DNA of 59,705 nucleotides, counting the filler, from Globobulimina sp. (taxonomy: Eukaryota), in NCBI GenBank assembly GCA_003354225.1. It is 9 parts of 9 records of this genome, joined end to end, with 100 filler letters (N's around TTAATTAATTAA, not from the genome) between each part and the next. Parts side by side here need not be neighbours in the genome. Positions count along the whole stretch, not along the records: positions 53,174 to 59,705 come from PIVH01000282.1; 8 more parts are not named here. One strand, written 5' to 3'. Below are positions 56,221 through 59,705 of this stretch, in pieces (position 1 is the first letter of the stretch; each line of letters begins with the position of its first letter). The notes under the pieces are model-generated. The model was not told the DNA's origin, did no database searches, and worked only from the letters and a program-made list of their open reading frames with translations. A program made the translations under genes and the position numbers.

Positions 56221-58030
56221 ATGTCATTCTCACTCAACGACTTACCATCGATCAAAATCCCGAGCTCGCCATTGCCAAACACCAATCCGCATTTACTCTT
56301 CCTTCCATCTTCAAACCGGTCCAACATCTCCGAAGTCTCCACTCCTCCCACCATCCACACCAATTCTCCATCCTCCTCCAAACGCGAACTCACAAACATA
56401 TTCTCGCCGTCCATGGACCAATCATCGCCCATTTCCACCTCATACACGATCCACCCCTACCAATACTCGACTATTTACACCTCACCAGAATCCATTCCGA
56501 GGAAACACATCACCGAAATCATCTGCAACACTCCCAACACAATCAACCACATCCTATCCAAAACCAAATATAAATACAAGCATCAATCTGACAGCAACGC
56601 CCACCATACCTCCAGCAGCAACTCCTTACAGTTATCCGTCACCCCTTTGACCCCCACACCGAGACAGGACATTGCGTTTAAATTCGATGTCGAAGACATC
56701 GCCGAACCCCAACTCGACCCCGCAGTGCCACAGCAACACACAAACAAAAAGAATGTGTTACATGTACTGATTGAAAGTGAAGATATTGATAATATCGACG
56801 TCGACAATGAGTGCAAGGATGCAACTGCAGAAATGGTGATGTGTGAGGACGAAAACAGTGAGGTTTTGCTGTTGGAAAAAAAAGGCTACGTAAAACTGAG
56901 GAAGATAACGGACACATTGCAAGGCAGCGTGTTCGTAGCACAGCAGCTGCAGTCCGAGGATGAGGGGGATAACGTTTTAGTGCTCAAGAGGACGAGCAAG
57001 TATTTGCACAAAAAAGGTATTACTATACAGGACGGGAAGGAGTACGCAGTGAACGAGAATGTGATTGCCGAGTATGAGGTTTTGAAGCATTTTCGCAGTG
57101 ATTCGCATTGTCCGTCGCAGATAATTCGCGTGATCGACTTTTTCGAGTCGGCGTATAATTATTATTTGGTGATGGAAAATGGAGGGAAGGATTTCTTTGA
57201 CTTTATAGTCAAAGCACATCGGCTGATTAATGCCCAAAAGCTGAAGGTTAAGGAATGGAGAAAGTTTGTAAAGTATATGTTTTACCAAATGGTTGTTGTG
57301 GTGCAATGGCTGCATAATCAAATGCATTGTTTAGTAGTTTTTTGGGCGAAATAACGTCTGAAATAACTTGAATGTTTGTCATTTTCCACAGGTTGTCATT
57401 TGGATATAAGTCTGGAAAATATCACGGTGCAGAATGGCAATTTTGTGTTGCAGTCGGATGGATATTATACGATAAATCCAAATATAAAGTTGAAGTTTGT
57501 CGATTTTGGATTAGCTGAATTCTTTGACCCAAAAGACCGATTTGAATGTGTTAAATATTGCGGTAAAACGGCATACAAAGCACCAGAAATATACAGAGCG
57601 AAAAGGATATTTGATGCCAGGAAGGCAGATATATGGAGCCTTGGTGTTGTGTTATTTTGTATGGCTGTTGGCTCGCCGCCTTATGTGAAGCCGTCAAATA
57701 GCGATGATGCGTATAAGTACTTTATCAAAACGGGTAATATCGAAAAATTATTGTTTCAATGGAATCGACACTTTTGTGTCACGGTGAAAATGCTTGATTT
57801 GGTATGTTTGTATTATGACACTCGTACAATATAAATATACGTCGGATATACAGATAAAAAGTATGTTGAAAGTTGATATTCGAAGCAGATTTTTAGTTGG
57901 TAACATATTGAAACATCAATGGTTGTCTGTATACCAAAAACAATATAACTCCATGTATTATCATCAACAAATAACAATAAATAGCGATAAAAATAGTGAA
58001 ATAACAGTATATAAATTGCCGACTAATTAA
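56221..58030 (+). CDS. Ser/Thr protein kinase (CAMK-like, HLDISLEN catalytic loop); introns 57329-57391 and 57802-57853
   Basis: TLQGSVF, VLK, HLDISLEN, DFGLAE, GKTAYKAPE and DIWSLG, with a Ser/Pro-rich N-terminus. Confidence 0.92.
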
Positions 58031-59422
58031 TTTAACATATAATCGTAATGCATTTTTTTGTAATCATATTTATCTCATTCCAGTGTAATATCTTTCCATT
58101 TTTTTTTAACCAAACAATTTAACTTAGCTTCAAAATTTATTTATTCATTAATTTCATTTTGAAATATTAAAAAAAATGTTTTTGAGTGAAAAAAATTTAT
58201 TTTTTGTTAATAAATTGAAAATATTTAAAACAAGAAAATAATTTATTTTGACATTGAATTTTGAAATCATTTTACACAAAGGGTAAATATGTGTTTTTTG
58301 TTTGTTAAATATTTATATAGTGCTTTTTGTGTGTTTTGAATGGTGGATTTTTTTTGCCATTCTCCCAGCTTTAATTATGATGACATTTTGAAAAATTATA
58401 TGATTTCAGCTTCAATTTCAAAGGGAACAAAATAAAAACATTATTTTTTTTTTTTTCTCCATTATTTATATCATTCCTTTTTTACTTCAAATTTTTTTTT
58501 GCAGTTTTGTTTTATTTATTTACTTTCTTGTGTGGAAATACATCCTTTCAATCAAAGATTGGATGTATTGTTTGTTTACGGTTTCAATGTATTATTTTAT
58601 AAAATATATATTTATAAATCATAAAAATTGCATTTTACTAATTATGAATTTTGCAATTTCTTAATGCATTGCTCACCAATGGCTTGTTGTAATTTGTAAA
58701 CATCTCTACTCTCTACTCTGTATTCTGTAATTTGTTTTTGCGTTTCTTTTTTGGTAAAGTTTATGTTGTCGCCACATTCTTGAATGGAATACGAAAAATA
58801 TTTCATCCAACGCATGTGACTTTAAATTTTTATTAATATTAATTGTACAGTACGTTGATCATCGTGATCATTGACGCTATGAAGATTTCAGCTATCATTG
58901 GTACTCTAAAAAAATATTTATGTCTAAATATTTACACTACCAATGGCTTCATACTTTGGTTTTTGATTTATCCCTATGTCCAGTTTGCCTCCGGCATATT
59001 GGAGAAGAATTGATTGCAACCATTGTGGTTAGTATGGTGCAGGCAATATTTGGTGGCTTGTTTGAATAATCCAACAGCGCAGACTCAACATTATGTGACG
59101 GATAATTACAAGAATCAGACCGAGTTAATCAAAGCGGGCGTTATTGCCTATTTGGCTGGGAATTGGTATAAACAGTATTAATTTAAAAGATGAAGTTGCT
59201 CGAAAACACAATGAATTAATGATGTGATTCGACCGCATTGCGATCGGGTGATGTTGCAAAGCAATGTATGTCGGTGAAGCCGGATGTAAATAGTGTGCGG
59301 AAGGGAGGCAAATGAGCTTTTATTAAATTAATTATTATTTAATATGTACATATTCGTCTGTTGATATTTTGTTACTTTTTTTAGTTATGCTTTTTGCAGA
59401 AATGAAAGCAAAACAAAAACAA

Positions 59423-59705
59423 TCACACACACTCAAAAATTAATAAATCTTGTCTACGACCATAATAATCACTTGTTTGTTGTATTGATATTTTAATTTT
59501 TGTATATTTAATATTTAATGATGATGAGATTGATGAATATAAATAATATAACCAACTTCGTCTATTTCCACTCCCTTTGCTTGGATCCTTCCATACGCCA
59601 TATAATGAACATTTTATTTTATTTCTTTTTCTTGTTTCACTTAAAATATCCAATAAACCACATAATGAAAATTGATATGAATAACGTCCACCAATACTCG
59701 TACAT
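59423..59705 (-). CDS. C-terminal fragment of a hypothetical protein
   Basis: The frame is open from the window edge (...FSLCGLLDILSE...FECV*). Confidence 0.35.
   Translation of the reverse strand, partial: CTSIGGRYSYQFSLCGLLDILSETRKRNKIKCSLYGVWKDPSKGSGNRRSWLYYLYSSISSSLNIKYTKIKISIQQTSDYYGRRQDLLIFECV

Noticed and set aside
58680-59330. Moderately GC-rich stretch, possible ncRNA or gene relic
   Set aside because: All frames are interrupted, hairpins are weak and no family was recognised.

Overview
This window is not one locus. It is nine unrelated contigs of about 6.5 kb, sorted by decreasing length and joined by artificial 100-nt spacers (44N-TTAATTAATTAA-44N). The contigs are 1-6567, 6668-13224, 13325-19876, 19977-26526, 26627-33168, 33269-39808, 39909-46441, 46542-53073 and 53174-59705, and nothing can be inferred across spacers. 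The DNA is from an AT-rich eukaryote with short (mostly ~50 nt) GT-AG introns. The gene families suggest a foraminiferan/rhizarian protist, which is inference. Ordinary genes include SPRTN, PNKP, CFAP65, TMEM128, HROB, a LITAF-domain protein, an arylsulfatase, MFS and amino-acid transporters, kinases, a metallophosphoesterase and 7TM proteins. The most unusual items are: (1) a Polinton/adintovirus-type protein-primed DNA polymerase B that becomes one uninterrupted ~1441-aa ORF only after removing 16 spliceosomal introns, several of them inside catalytic motifs; (2) a DIRS-like tyrosine-recombinase retroelement whose RT has a SAM-like domain inserted before YIDD, with permuted order RT/RH-YR-gag and a hairpin-rich spacer; (3) a UBL-Hint-ubiquitin (BUBL-type) autoprocessing gene; (4) a stand-alone divergent eRF1 N-domain; (5) a Crypton-like recombinase; (6) an intron-containing DD34E transposase followed by a tRNA-like element. 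A 1.4-kb bacterial segment at 46542-47950 is probably an amplification or assembly chimera. All family calls come from motif recognition by eye and no searches were run.
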